Positions 43,317 to 57,312 of a stretch of 64,000 nucleotides of DNA are shown piece after piece. The notes beneath the pieces are model-generated. The model was given only the letters and a program-made list of their open reading frames with translations. It was not told the origin of the DNA and made no database searches. Each line of letters opens with the position of its first letter. Position 1 is the first letter of the stretch. The stretch comes from Candidatus Eiseniibacteriota bacterium (GTDB lineage: Bacteria; Eisenbacteria; RBG-16-71-46). Position numbers and translations under genes: made by a program. The DNA lies in the NCBI GenBank assembly GCA_038231135.1, contig JBBRLX010000001.1:32001-96000 (forward strand), read 5' to 3'.

Positions 43317-44582
43317 ATGACCTCACGTCCCGGTGTGCCCGCTCAGCCGTCTTCCTGCCACGATTCCCATGATCCCCACGATCCCGGCCGCGCCGGTTCC
43401 GGACGCTGGTGCCGGATGCCGCGTCCCGGCGCCGCCGCGCGCCTCGCCGCGTTCGGCATGCTCGCGCTGTGGCTCGCCGCCGCACGGGTCGAGGCGCAGC
43501 AGCCGTCGCCGCTCGACATCGGATTATGGCAGTTTCCCGGCGCGTCGTCGGCCCCGGCCACGGCGCGGTCGGCGTCGTTCGCGCTCGCCAACCGCTGGCT
43601 CGGCGACCAGCCGTTCGACAACCCGGCCGCCGGGCTCCACAGCGGCGTGTCGGCCTCCGGGCTGATCGAGCACGTCAGCCGCCAGGACCTGCGCTCGGTG
43701 AACCGGCAGTTCTCGGAGCAGAGCGCGTTCATCGATTTCGGCGGCGCGTGGGTCGCCGTGCCGGTCGGATCGGTGAAGCTCGTGGCCTATGCGTATCAGC
43801 CGGTGTTGCGGCTCGAGGACAACACGTTCACCCGCGGCGAGCTCGGCGGCCCCACGCAACCCGCGGTCGTGCTGAGCAACGGTTCTGCGCGCGAGCTGCG
43901 CGCGGGGCTCGCGGTGTCGAAGGCATTCGGTCCGCTGCGCGTCGGCGCGGCGGGGGAATGGAACCGGCGCTCGGACGTGTACGAGTACGAGGAGCGGTCG
44001 GGCTCGCCCGATCAGGGGCTGCGCCACGTCGACTTCGCCGGCGATGGCGTCGGCGGCCAGGCGGGCATCACATGGGGCGAGGACGCCGCGGACCGGCGCG
44101 GTTTCACGCTTGGCCTGTCCGCGCGGTACGCCCCGGCGATCACCGTGGATGGCGTCCAGAGTTTCCACCTGTTGTCGGGCGACAGCACCGGCACGGTGGC
44201 CTCGGACCACGATTCGGGCGTCGAAGCCGGCGCGTCGATCGGCTACCGGCTGAACGAGACGTTCCGAGTGATGCTCGGCGCGGGGGGGCGATCCCAGCGG
44301 GCGTGGCCGGACTTTGGAGTGACCGGTAGCCGGGCGCTCCAGTGGGGGGTGGGCGGCGAATTCCACGATGCACGCGACCCGTGGACCCTGCGGTTCGGCG
44401 TCGGGCAGGAGCACGAGCCCGACAACGCGGAATTCCGCTCCGGGCTCGTGGGACTCGGGGTGGGATGGAAGCTCGACCACTCGTCCATCGACGTCGGTCT
44501 GCTGCACCGCAGCATCAACCGCGGCGTGAGTCCCACGTCCTACGACGACCGCGTCATCGCGTCGGTCGCCGCCGACTTCTGA
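43317..44582 (+). CDS. Outer-membrane beta-barrel protein (FadL/PorV-like)
   Basis: Signal-like segment, alternating amphipathic strands, C-terminal Phe, ARSASFA...NPA plug-like motif; start may be 43416. Confidence 0.65.
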   Translation: MTSRPGVPAQPSSCHDSHDPHDPGRAGSGRWCRMPRPGAAARLAAFGMLALWLAAARVEAQQPSPLDIGLWQFPGASSAPATARSASFALANRWLGDQPFDNPAAGLHSGVSASGLIEHVSRQDLRSVNRQFSEQSAFIDFGGAWVAVPVGSVKLVAYAYQPVLRLEDNTFTRGELGGPTQPAVVLSNGSARELRAGLAVSKAFGPLRVGAAGEWNRRSDVYEYEERSGSPDQGLRHVDFAGDGVGGQAGITWGEDAADRRGFTLGLSARYAPAITVDGVQSFHLLSGDSTGTVASDHDSGVEAGASIGYRLNETFRVMLGAGGRSQRAWPDFGVTGSRALQWGVGGEFHDARDPWTLRFGVGQEHEPDNAEFRSGLVGLGVGWKLDHSSIDVGLLHRSINRGVSPTSYDDRVIASVAADF

Positions 44583-44617
44583 GGGGGGCGGCCGCCGCTG
44601 CGCACGCTTGGCACTGG

Positions 44618-44626
44618 TGCTATACT
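44618..44626 (+). promoter_or_regulatory. Extended -10 TGCTATACT upstream of tRNA-Leu/tig
   Basis: TGn-TATACT match about 95 nt upstream of the tRNA. Confidence 0.4.
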
Positions 44627-44719
44627 GGCGCAAACCATTGACCCACGCCTGTTTCGCGGACGTTGTTCCGCGGATGGGTCCCGCGGATCTCGCGCGTCCG
44701 CCCGTCGGTTGCGACGAGT

Positions 44720-44804
44720 GCGAGAGTGGCGGAACTGGCAGACGCGCTGGACTTAGGATCCAGTGGGGAAACTCGTGGGGGTTCAAATCCCCCCTCTCGC
44801 ACCA
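44720..44804 (+). tRNA. tRNA-Leu(TAG)
   Basis: GCGAGAG/CTCTCGC acceptor stem, CTGGA-CTTAGGA-TCCAG anticodon arm, long variable arm, GTTCAAATC, ACCA end. Confidence 0.97.
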
Positions 44805-44845
44805 CCGTTCGGCCCGCAGCGGCCTCAGACCCTGGAGTGACACGA

Positions 44846-46141
44846 ATGAACGTAACGTCCCGAGCGACCGGAGCGTGGCAGCATACGCTCGACATCGACG
44901 TTCCGGTGGCCGAGGTGGATCGGACGCTCGACGAGGTGGCGCGCCAGGTGCAGCGCCGCGCGAGCATCCCGGGGTTCCGGCGTGGCAAGGTGCCGCTGGA
45001 GATGGTCCGCCAGCAGTTCGCCGACCGCGTGGAGCAGGAGTTCCTCGAGACCTATGTGCCCAAGATCGCCGGCGAGGCGATCGAGCAGTCGCGTCTCGAC
45101 CCGGTGGTCACGCCGCTCGTCCGTAACCTCAAATTCAGCCCCGGGATGCCGCTGCAGTTCGAAGTGCTGGTCGATGTGAAGCCCGAGGTCGAGGCGAAGG
45201 ACTACAAGGGCCTGAAGGCGCAGCGCGAAACGCATGCCATCGAAGAAGATGCGGTCGAGCGCGTGCTGACCGACCTGCTCGAGCAGTCGGCGGTGTACGT
45301 CGACCTTGAGCGGCCCGCCCAGCGCGGCGACGTGGTGCTGCTCGATTCCACCCGGATCGACGCCAACGGCCGCCGACTGGCGTCGTCACGGGCCAAGGGG
45401 CGCCGGATCCAGCTTGGAGCGCCGGACCTGCTGCCGGACCTCGAGAACGCGCTGCTCGGGACGGAAGCGGGCCAGGAGCGTACAGTCGAGGTGAATTACC
45501 CCGCTGATTATCCGGCAGAGGAGCTGGCGGGCAAGCCTGCCCGTTACGTGGTGAAGATCCGCAAGATCCAGGAAAAGAAACTCCGGGATCTGGACGATAA
45601 CCTTGCTCGGGACGTGTTTCAGCTTGGATCACTCGAGGAGCTCAGATCCCGGGTCCGGCTGAATCTCGAAGGCGAACACCGCGTCCGAATGCAGCGGGAG
45701 CTCGAAGATTCGATCGGGGAGGGGCTGCTGTCCCGAAACACCGTCGAGTTGCCCGAGCGGTGGGTACAATGGATGCTCGAACGGGTGATCGCGGACGCCG
45801 CTGGCAGCACCGAGGTGCCGGAGGCCATGCGGACCGAGCTGGTGCAACGCTACCGGCCCGGTGTGGAACGCTCGCTCAAGCGGTCGGTGTTGCTCGACGC
45901 GGTGGCACGGCAGGAGAAGCTCGAAGCGACGGATGACGAGGTGGCCGAGGAGATCGGGCGCATGGCGCAGGCCGATCCGCGGCAGGCGGCCCGGATTCGT
46001 GCCCGGTACGCCACGGCCGAACGCCGCGAGACGCTGCGCGACTCGCTACGTGAACGCAAGGCTTTGGACTGGTTGATCCAGGCGGCGGAGATTCAGGAAA
46101 CCGCGGGAACGTCTTCGATCGTGGTTCCGGCAGGTCGCTGA
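44846..46141 (+). CDS. tig: Trigger factor
   Basis: [10 protein letters not shown] ribosome-binding motif; tRNA-Leu-tig-clpP-clpX-lon synteny. Confidence 0.93.
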   Translation: MNVTSRATGAWQHTLDIDVPVAEVDRTLDEVARQVQRRASIPGFRRGKVPLEMVRQQFADRVEQEFLETYVPKIAGEAIEQSRLDPVVTPLVRNLKFSPGMPLQFEVLVDVKPEVEAKDYKGLKAQRETHAIEEDAVERVLTDLLEQSAVYVDLERPAQRGDVVLLDSTRIDANGRRLASSRAKGRRIQLGAPDLLPDLENALLGTEAGQERTVEVNYPADYPAEELAGKPARYVVKIRKIQEKKLRDLDDNLARDVFQLGSLEELRSRVRLNLEGEHRVRMQRELEDSIGEGLLSRNTVELPERWVQWMLERVIADAAGSTEVPEAMRTELVQRYRPGVERSLKRSVLLDAVARQEKLEATDDEVAEEIGRMAQADPRQAARIRARYATAERRETLRDSLRERKALDWLIQAAEIQETAGTSSIVVPAGR

Positions 46142-46199
46142 AGCATCTGGAAGGCAGCGGCATCGAACATTGGCGGCATCTTCAGGGAGGAGTCGCGGT

Positions 46200-46784
46200 A
46201 TGGGTCTGGTTCCCATCGTCGTCGAACAAACCGGCCGGGGCGAGCGTGCCTACGACATCTATTCACGCCTGCTCAAGGACCGCATCATCTTCATCGGGAC
46301 TCCGATCGACGACCACGTGGCCAACCTCGTGATCGCACAGATGATCTTCCTCGAAGGCGAGGATCCCGATCGCGACATCAACATTTACATCCACAGCCCC
46401 GGCGGAATGGTCACGGCCGGGCTCGCCATCTACGATACGATGCAGTTCGTGAAGCCGGACATCGCCACGCTGTGCATGGGCCAGGCCGCGAGCATGGCCG
46501 CGGTGCTGCTGGCCGCGGGCGCCCCCGCCAAGCGCTCGGCGCTGCCGAACGCCCGGATCATGATCCACCAGCCGCTCGGCGGCACCCAGGGCCAGGCGAC
46601 GGACATCGAGATCTACGCCAAGGAAATGTTGAAGATGAAGGAGCGGTTGAACGGTATCATGGCCAAGCACACCGGCCGCACGATCGACCAGATCGAGAAG
46701 GACACCGACCGGGACAACTTCATGTCTTCCGCCGAAGCGAAGACGTACGGCATCATCGACGACATCATCGACAAACGTAAGTAA
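46200..46784 (+). CDS. clpP: ATP-dependent Clp protease proteolytic subunit
   Basis: [41 protein letters not shown]. Confidence 0.97.
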   Translation: MGLVPIVVEQTGRGERAYDIYSRLLKDRIIFIGTPIDDHVANLVIAQMIFLEGEDPDRDINIYIHSPGGMVTAGLAIYDTMQFVKPDIATLCMGQAASMAAVLLAAGAPAKRSALPNARIMIHQPLGGTQGQATDIEIYAKEMLKMKERLNGIMAKHTGRTIDQIEKDTDRDNFMSSAEAKTYGIIDDIIDKRK

Positions 46785-46803
46785 CCGGTCCGACGAGGAA
46801 TCC

Positions 46804-48063
<1,260 letters not shown>

Positions 48064-48071
48064 TCCTACGC

Positions 48072-48100
48072 CGGGCGGCCGCCGAGCGGCCGCCCGTTTC
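48072..48100 (+). terminator. Hairpin after clpX
   Basis: cgggcggccgc-cga-gcggccgcccg followed by tttc. Confidence 0.6.
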
Positions 48101-48150
48101 GTTATCGGTGCACCGGGCGCGGCACGCGTGTCCGGCGCCCGCCCAGAGGA

Positions 48151-50694
<2,544 letters not shown>

Positions 50695-50772
50695 TCTGGG
50701 TCCGGACCGCGCGTTCGGCCCCCGCCTGACGAGTTCGGAACACGATTCACACGCTACGAGGGAGTGGAACCC

Positions 50773-51942
50773 ATGACCGTGACGACACCGCCTGCCCGCA
50801 CCACCGCCAAGACGTTCACCCGCACCCGGTTGTTCACGCCCGGTCCGGTCGAGATCCCGAGCCGCGTGCTGCGCGCGCTGTCGCAGATTCCGCCGCACCA
50901 CCGCACGGAGGTGTTCCGCGCGCTGTACATGCGGGTGACCGATGCCATGCGCACGCTGCACCAGACCGCGGGAGAGGTGTTCCTGCTCGCCGCGTCCGGC
51001 AGCGGCGCCATGGAAGCCGCGGTCGTCAACGTGATGTCCCCCGGCCAGAAGGCGCTGGCGGTCGTGGGCGGCAAGTTCGGCGAGCGCTGGGCGTCGCTGC
51101 TCAAGGCCTATGGCGTGCCGCACGATCTGGTCGACGTCGAGTGGGGCCACGCCGTGGAGCCGTCCCAGATCGAGCATGCGCTCGACAAGGACAAGACGAT
51201 CACCGCCGTGTTCGCCACCCACAGCGAGACCTCGACGGGCGCGCTGCACGACGTCGAAGCGTTCGCGAAGATCACCAAGGCGCGCGGCGTGAAGCTCGTG
51301 ATCGATGCGGTCACCAGCCTCGCCGTGCATCCGCTGCCGCAGGACGCCTGGGGCATCGACGTGGTCGTGTGCGGATCGCAGAAGGGCCTGATGTGCCCTC
51401 CCGGCCTCGCGTCGGTGAGCCTCGCGCCCTGGGCCGCGGCGGCGATCGAGCAGGGCCTGCCGCGGTTCTACTTCGACCTGCGGCGCGCGCGGAAGAGCGC
51501 TCCGCTGGGCGAATCGCCGTTCACGCCCGCCGTGAGCCTGGTGCTGGCGCTGGAAGAGGCGCTCGCCATGATGAACGAGGAGGGTCTCGACCAGGTGCAT
51601 GCGCGCCACCGCCGGCTGGCCGGCGCGATGCGCGCCGGGGCGCAGGCGGCGGGCTACGCGCTGTTCTCCTCCAGCCCGTCCTATGCCGTCACGGCGCTGC
51701 TGCCGCCGTCGGGCGTCGAAGCGTCCGCGGTGGTGAAGCGGCTGCGCGACGTGCACGGCATGGTCGTCGCGGGCGGGCAGGACAAGCTGAAGGGCAGGAT
51801 CCTGCGCATTGGCCACATGGGCGCCTACGACTTCTCGGATATCGTCGCGATGGCGAGCGCGCTCGAGGAATGCGCGACCGCGCTCGGGGCGCGCGCCTCG
51901 GGAGCCGCCGACGCCGCGCGCGCCGCATGGGAAGCCGTCTAG
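50773..51942 (+). CDS. Class-V PLP aminotransferase (serine-pyruvate/alanine-glyoxylate type)
   Basis: LFTPGP, HSETSTG, DAVTS, GSQKGL.CPPG, RIGHMG. Confidence 0.92.
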   Translation: MTVTTPPARTTAKTFTRTRLFTPGPVEIPSRVLRALSQIPPHHRTEVFRALYMRVTDAMRTLHQTAGEVFLLAASGSGAMEAAVVNVMSPGQKALAVVGGKFGERWASLLKAYGVPHDLVDVEWGHAVEPSQIEHALDKDKTITAVFATHSETSTGALHDVEAFAKITKARGVKLVIDAVTSLAVHPLPQDAWGIDVVVCGSQKGLMCPPGLASVSLAPWAAAAIEQGLPRFYFDLRRARKSAPLGESPFTPAVSLVLALEEALAMMNEEGLDQVHARHRRLAGAMRAGAQAAGYALFSSSPSYAVTALLPPSGVEASAVVKRLRDVHGMVVAGGQDKLKGRILRIGHMGAYDFSDIVAMASALEECATALGARASGAADAARAAWEAV

Positions 51943-51943
51943 C

Positions 51944-52855
51944 ATGAAGGCATTCCTGGCAGAGAAGCTGGCCCCGGCCGCGGCGGACTGCCTGCGTGCC
52001 GCGGGCTGGGAAGTGGTCGAGCGCACCGGGCTCCAGGGCGCGGAGCTGGCGGCGGCGCTCGCCGGCTGCGACGCGCTGCTCGTGCGTGGCGCCACCAAGG
52101 TCACCGCCGACGTGCTGCGCGCCGCGAACGGGCTCAAGGCCGTCGCCCGCGCCGGCACCGGGCTCGACAACGTGGACGTCGCGACCGCGAAGGAGCTGGG
52201 AATCCAGGTGCTGAACGCGCCGGCCGCGAACACGATCTCGGTCGCGGAGCTCACCCTCGGCTTGCTGCTCGCGCTTGAACGCCAGCTCGTGCCCGCGGCC
52301 TCGGACCTGCGCGCCGGAAAGTGGGAGAAGGCCAAGTACTCCGGCCGTGAACTCAACGGCAAGACGCTCGGACTCGTCGGCTTCGGCCACATCGGCCGCG
52401 CCGTCGCGATGCGTGCGCGTGCGTTCGAGATGGACGTGATCGCCACCGATCCGTTCATCGGCACCTGGCCCGGCGAATTCGGCTGGGTGCGCGAGACGCC
52501 GCTCGCCGACATGCTGCCGAAGGTGGACTACCTGTCGCTGCACGTGCCGCTCACCAAGGACACGCGCGGCCTGATCGGCGCCGCCGAGCTCGCCCGCATG
52601 AAGCCCGACGCCGTGATCGTGAACTGCGCGCGCGGCGGCATCGTGGACGAGTCCGCGCTGCTCGCGGCGCTGACCACGGGCAAGCTGCGCGGCGCGGCAC
52701 TCGACGTGTTCGCCACCGAGCCCCCCGGCGAGCTTCCGCTACTCGCGCTGCCCAACGTGATCGCCACGCCGCATCTGGGCGCGTCGACGCGCGAGGCGCA
52801 GGATCGCGCGGGCGTGGAAGCGGCGCAGCGGGTGATCGCGGCGCTGAAGGGCTGA
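51944..52855 (+). CDS. serA: D-3-phosphoglycerate dehydrogenase-like D-2-hydroxyacid dehydrogenase (no ACT domain)
   Basis: RAGTGLDNVD, GFGHIG, LHVPLT, NCARGG, DVFATEP, TPHLGAST. Confidence 0.8.
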   Translation: MKAFLAEKLAPAAADCLRAAGWEVVERTGLQGAELAAALAGCDALLVRGATKVTADVLRAANGLKAVARAGTGLDNVDVATAKELGIQVLNAPAANTISVAELTLGLLLALERQLVPAASDLRAGKWEKAKYSGRELNGKTLGLVGFGHIGRAVAMRARAFEMDVIATDPFIGTWPGEFGWVRETPLADMLPKVDYLSLHVPLTKDTRGLIGAAELARMKPDAVIVNCARGGIVDESALLAALTTGKLRGAALDVFATEPPGELPLLALPNVIATPHLGASTREAQDRAGVEAAQRVIAALKG

Positions 52856-52889
52856 GGCGCGGCGCGGGCTCGGTCTGCGCGTGCTTTTG

Positions 52890-52922
52890 GGCGAAACCCC
52901 CGCACCGGGGGTTCGCCGTTTT
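52890..52922 (+). terminator. Rho-independent terminator
   Basis: ggcgaaaccccc-gcacc-gggggttcgcc then gtttt. Confidence 0.7.
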
Positions 52923-52978
52923 ACGTCACCCCGCCCCTCTGCTAGCGTCCCCCGGCTTTTTCAACGGGAGGGACGCGC

Positions 52979-54247
52979 GTGCCGTGCACGGTGGTGGTGG
53001 GCGCCCAGTGGGGTGATGAGGGCAAGGGCAAGATCGTCGACGCGCTGAGCGCGAAGTCCGACGTGGTCGCGCGCTACCAGGGCGGCCCCAATGCCGGGCA
53101 CAGCGTAATCTGGCAGGGCCGCACGATCGTGCTGCACCTGGTGCCGTCGGGCGTGCTGCACGCGCGCACTCGCTGCCTGATCGGCAACGGCGTGGTGATC
53201 GATCTCGCGAAGCTCCGCGAGGAGGTCGCTATGCTCGAATCGCTCGGCGTCGACGTCGCGGGCCGCATCGGCGTGAGCCCCGCGGCGCACCTGATCCTGC
53301 CCTATCATCGTGTGGTCGAGAGCGTCGCCGAGCAGGGCCCGACCGCGATCGGCACCACCGGGCGCGGCATCGGGTTCGCGTACCGCGACAAGGCCGCACG
53401 CACCGGGCTGCGTGTCGGCGATCTCGATGACGGCGCGGTATTCGCGGCGACCGCCGACCGCAACCTCGCTGCGCTGCGGCGCGAATTCCCGACGGCCGAG
53501 CTCGGGCGCATGACCGGGGCGTCGGTGTTCGAGGAGTTGCGCGAGCACGCCCGGTGGCTGGCGCCGATGGTGTGCGACGTGTCGGACGAGCTGCATCGCG
53601 CGCTCGGCGACGGCCGCCAGGTGCTGCTGGAAGGCGCGCAGGGCACGCTCCTCGATCTCGACCACGGCACCTATCCCTTCGTGACCTCGTCCGCCGCGAG
53701 TGCCGCGGGCGCGCCGCTGGGCGTGGGGCTCGGACCGCGGGCCGTGGATCGCGTGATCGGTGTGAGCAAGGCGTACACCACGCGCGTGGGGCACGGCCCG
53801 TTCCCGAGCGAGATGGCCGACGCCGAGGCGTCGCGGCTGCGGGAGGCGGGCGAGGAGTTCGGCGCGACCACGGGCCGGCCGCGCCGCTGCGGCTGGCTCG
53901 ACATCCCGGCGCTGCGCTACGCCGCGCGCGTGAACGGCTTCGACGAGCTGGTGATCACCAAGCTCGACGTGCTCGACGAATTCGACGAGATCCGCGCCGT
54001 GATCGGTTACGAGCGCGACGGCAAACCGCTGCCAGGCTTTCCCGCCAGCGCTACGACGCTCGAGCAATGCCGGCCAGTGCACACGAGCTTCCCCGGCTGG
54101 CGCGCGAGTACGGAGTCGGCTCGGAGCTGGCGCGATCTGCCCGCGAACGCCCGCGGCTACCTAGAATGGATCGAGCGCGAGAGCGGCGTGCGGATCGGCA
54201 CCGTGTCGGTCGGCGCCGGGCGCGACGCGGAGCTGGCGCGGGGGTAG
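52979..54247 (+). CDS. purA: Adenylosuccinate synthetase
   Basis: QWGDEGKGK, GGPNAGH, EGAQG, YPFVTSS, GATTGRPRRCGW. Confidence 0.97.
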   Translation: MPCTVVVGAQWGDEGKGKIVDALSAKSDVVARYQGGPNAGHSVIWQGRTIVLHLVPSGVLHARTRCLIGNGVVIDLAKLREEVAMLESLGVDVAGRIGVSPAAHLILPYHRVVESVAEQGPTAIGTTGRGIGFAYRDKAARTGLRVGDLDDGAVFAATADRNLAALRREFPTAELGRMTGASVFEELREHARWLAPMVCDVSDELHRALGDGRQVLLEGAQGTLLDLDHGTYPFVTSSAASAAGAPLGVGLGPRAVDRVIGVSKAYTTRVGHGPFPSEMADAEASRLREAGEEFGATTGRPRRCGWLDIPALRYAARVNGFDELVITKLDVLDEFDEIRAVIGYERDGKPLPGFPASATTLEQCRPVHTSFPGWRASTESARSWRDLPANARGYLEWIERESGVRIGTVSVGAGRDAELARG

Positions 54248-54359
54248 AGCGGCGCGGGGAGCGAAGGCGGGTTTTCGATTGCTCCCCGGCGGGTTAACTT
54301 CTCCCGAAGCTGCACACCCCGTTGATCCATGCCTCAGGCCCCATACACGAGGAGACGTC

Positions 54360-54680
54360 ATGCTGATCGTCCGCGAAACCATGTACTGCAAGCCCGGCAA
54401 GGTGCGCCCCATGGTCGAGAAGTTCGTCGCGATGTCGAAGCTCATGGAGAAGTCGGGCATGGGAAAGATGCGCGTGCTCACCGACGTCAGCGCCGAGAGC
54501 TACTGGATGATCGTTGCGGAGATGGAAGTGGCGAGCCTCGACGCCTTCGAGAAGATGATGGTCCCGGGCCAGGGCCAGGGCCAGGGCGGCGCGGCCGCGA
54601 AGGAGATCGAGGAGTTGATGAAGGGCTACCACGATCTCGTGGATCACGGGAAGCGCGAGATCTTCAAGATCGAAGTCTAA
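54360..54680 (+). CDS. Small hypothetical protein (NIPSNAP/dimeric alpha-beta barrel-like)
   Basis: GAGGAG RBS; CKPGK, RVLTDVS...W.IV.E.EV.SL. Confidence 0.75.
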   Translation: MLIVRETMYCKPGKVRPMVEKFVAMSKLMEKSGMGKMRVLTDVSAESYWMIVAEMEVASLDAFEKMMVPGQGQGQGGAAAKEIEELMKGYHDLVDHGKREIFKIEV

Positions 54681-54708
54681 CCGCGGCGCGTCCCGCGCCC
54701 GTGACGGT

Positions 54709-54784
54709 GACCCGTTAGCTCAGTCGGTAGAGCACCTGCCTTTTAAGCAGGGAGTCGCTGGTTCGATCCCAGCACGGGTCACCA
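54709..54784 (+). tRNA. tRNA-Lys(TTT)
   Basis: GACCCGT/ACGGGTC acceptor stem, AGCTCAGTCGGTAGAGC D-arm, CCTGC-CTTTTAA-GCAGG, GGTTCGATCCC, ACCA. Confidence 0.98.
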
Positions 54785-54984
54785 ACACGTAGCAGCTTTT
54801 CCACTGGTGAAAATACTTGCTCAACTTCAATTACGCGTCCGTATCCGGGCGAGACGACGGAGAGCGAGGGCCCATTCCCCTCGCGATCTTCGGTAGCATG
54901 TGGATGGTCTTGTCGTAATCCGCCGGACTTGGCTCTCCGTAGGGCCCTCTCGTGTTCGGAAAACTTGCTGGATCTCCCACATGC

Positions 54985-56043
54985 CTACCGGCCGAACACC
55001 AGGGGGACAGCGACCCAGACGGCAACGGGCTGGCTCTTCGCGAGCGCCGGCTTGAAGACCCATTTCCGAATGCATTCTTCAGCTGTCCGATCGAGTAACG
55101 GAATTGACTTCTCGATCCGTGTGTCCTTCACGAGGCCGTCTGCGCCGACCAATACCTGCACCACGACGGTGTCGGACACGCCGCTGCGTGAGACGTCGTC
55201 GGGATATTCGGGTCGGACCTTTAGTAGGGCTATAGGAGGTTCTTCCACGAACACGTGCTCGCCGAACCTCGGAAGGTGGTCATCGGTTACGCGGGGCATT
55301 CGGGGGAGCCGTGAGTCACGCCGGAGTCGGATCGTGATCGGGTCGCGCGGTACCTGAGTGTCCAGGTGCCCGCCGATGTATGCAAAGGCACAAGCGTCCA
55401 CGCCGATGCGGCCAACTGGAACATCGGCGATGTTGAAGGTTCCAAGTCTGTCCGTGTAGGCAGCCAACCTCGTCGCAACGACTACCACGCATGCCGAAAG
55501 TCCGATGGGGTTGCCCGTCGAGTCATCGACGACGTTCCCTCGCAGGACCGTTGTTGGATGCGGCTTCGGCGGTGGCTCCGGCCACCTCGGGACAAGTTTC
55601 ACCCGAAACCACATGAGCGCGTCGTCCACGTTGATCGTGTGGAAGGCAGTGGGCCGTGTCGTGATGGTCACCGAATCCCACCCGTAGACGCCAGGCGCCT
55701 TGGAGTCCCTCCCATCCAGTGCGAGGGCGCTCTTCTGGAAGAGCAGGCGCACCGCGTGAGTGTCGAGGCGCTTCCCGAGTCTGAACGACGGGCTGTTGAT
55801 GAAACCGAACGTGTTCCCGACTGTCTCGCCCGGCCGAACGCGCCATGTGAGCGAGTCCCATCCCCACTCGGAATCATTGCAGATGTCCATGTCTCCGCCC
55901 CATGACTTGAACATCACGCGCACGGTCACGCTGTCCGCGTGCGCGATTCTTCGACGAGGAGTGTGAGAGGTCGTAGAACCTCCCCTCGCGGATGCCGTGA
56001 GCAGGAAAGCCGCAACGAGAAGCAAGTTGGATCGCGCGCCCAT
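54985..56043 (-). CDS. TonB-C domain protein with carboxypeptidase-regulatory-like domain
   Basis: Signal peptide; LRGNVVDDSTGNPI; PEYP...VVVQVLVGADG.V...WVFKPA. Confidence 0.75.
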   Translation of the reverse strand: MGARSNLLLVAAFLLTASARGGSTTSHTPRRRIAHADSVTVRVMFKSWGGDMDICNDSEWGWDSLTWRVRPGETVGNTFGFINSPSFRLGKRLDTHAVRLLFQKSALALDGRDSKAPGVYGWDSVTITTRPTAFHTINVDDALMWFRVKLVPRWPEPPPKPHPTTVLRGNVVDDSTGNPIGLSACVVVVATRLAAYTDRLGTFNIADVPVGRIGVDACAFAYIGGHLDTQVPRDPITIRLRRDSRLPRMPRVTDDHLPRFGEHVFVEEPPIALLKVRPEYPDDVSRSGVSDTVVVQVLVGADGLVKDTRIEKSIPLLDRTAEECIRKWVFKPALAKSQPVAVWVAVPLVFGR

Positions 56044-56121
56044 AGGATCGCCCAACTGTACAGGGTGTCTTGCGGACATCGAAATGCGCGGATGGCGCGC
56101 AGCCGCGCAAAACCCTGGCCC

Positions 56122-56625
56122 TCACCGCTCCTTGTACCCCCGCCCCCGATCCGTCGCCTCACGGTCGCGGACGAAGCTCATCACCGGCACCCCATAGCCG
56201 CATCTCGTCACGGTGCGCTCGATCTCGATGTCCACGATCTGGCGCGGCGCCCCCGAGTCGATGTCCTCCTGGCGGAGCACCCGCGCCGCGAACGGCGATT
56301 CCGTCACGGGCGTGACGTGCGCGTGACCGAACAGCCGTACGATGGCGGCGTCGCCGGACTCGAACGAGCACACCATCACCGTGATCGGCCCGTCGCTGCG
56401 CGAATGCCGCGCGGTCTCGTTGCCGCTGCCGGGATAGTCGAGATAGGCGACGTGCCTGCGGTCGAGCACTACCAGCGGCACGCCGCCCTTCGGCGATAGG
56501 TTCACGGGACCAATCCCATGGGGCTCCGCGGCCAGCGAGGGATCGGTGGTCGCGACGAAGAACATCCGGGAGTCCCGGATCAGGCGCGCCTGGGCGTCCG
56601 TGATCGAGTCGTGATAGGTGGCCAT
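56122..56625 (-). CDS. Pyridoxamine 5'-phosphate oxidase-like FMN-binding protein
   Basis: MFFVAT, VNLSPKG, YLDYPGSGNETARH, IT.M.CSF, CGYGVP. Confidence 0.88.
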   Translation of the reverse strand: MATYHDSITDAQARLIRDSRMFFVATTDPSLAAEPHGIGPVNLSPKGGVPLVVLDRRHVAYLDYPGSGNETARHSRSDGPITVMVCSFESGDAAIVRLFGHAHVTPVTESPFAARVLRQEDIDSGAPRQIVDIEIERTVTRCGYGVPVMSFVRDREATDRGRGYKER

Positions 56626-56631
56626 GCCGGC

Positions 56632-56660
56632 ATCATCCGAACGCGGCGATCGAGAGTCAA
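56632..56660 (-). promoter_or_regulatory. sigma70-like promoter TTGACT-N17-GATGAT, leaderless geometry
   Basis: -10 ends 6 nt before the ATG at 56625; no SD. Confidence 0.55.
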
Positions 56661-56664
56661 CGCC

Positions 56665-57027
56665 CTAACGCCCCGAGCGGCCCTGGGCCGCCGGGCTCAG
56701 GCTCCGCACCGCGGCATCCCGATCGTCGTGGACCGGCAGCACATGCGCGAGACCCAGCTCCGCCAGCAGCCGGCGCTGGAGGGGACTCGCCCCGCACAAT
56801 GCAATGCGGCCGCCGCACTCCACGGCGAGATGCTGGGCATTGGCCAGCACCCCAACGCAATGGGCGGTGAGCGGGTGCACGTGCGACAGATCCACCACGA
56901 CTTTCACGCGGTTCCGCACCAGCGCCAGCATCCGGGACTCCAGTTCGTCGCATTCGCAACCCTCGTACAACGTCTGCGAGGGCACGACCACGATCACCTG
57001 ACCCACCTCATGCGACGCCACGCTCAT
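56665..57027 (-). CDS. STAS-domain (anti-sigma antagonist-like) protein, atypical
   Basis: VVVDLSHV...GVL...GGRIALCG...LL...GL..VLP; DSS motif absent. Confidence 0.75.
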   Translation of the reverse strand: MSVASHEVGQVIVVVPSQTLYEGCECDELESRMLALVRNRVKVVVDLSHVHPLTAHCVGVLANAQHLAVECGGRIALCGASPLQRRLLAELGLAHVLPVHDDRDAAVRSLSPAAQGRSGR

Positions 57028-57312
57028 ATCCCGCTCCCTTCCAGCTCAGCCACGGCTTCGGCGGCCTTCACGACTGCTAAGACGGATCGAGCGGGCGGAA
57101 AGTTGCCTGCCATCCACCAACGCCGGGTTTGTCGCGCTATTCGCCTGTCACGTCCGCGTCACGGCTCGTCCGTTCCGGTCCGAGGCGCGGTGAGTTGCCC
57201 AAAAGCGGTCGAAGCCCGAGAGTCCCGTAGTCGACGTCGGTCATGGTCGGCGATCACCACAACGCACGTTTGCCGGGTCACAATGAGTTCATCACGTCAC
57301 GGGGATTGATCC

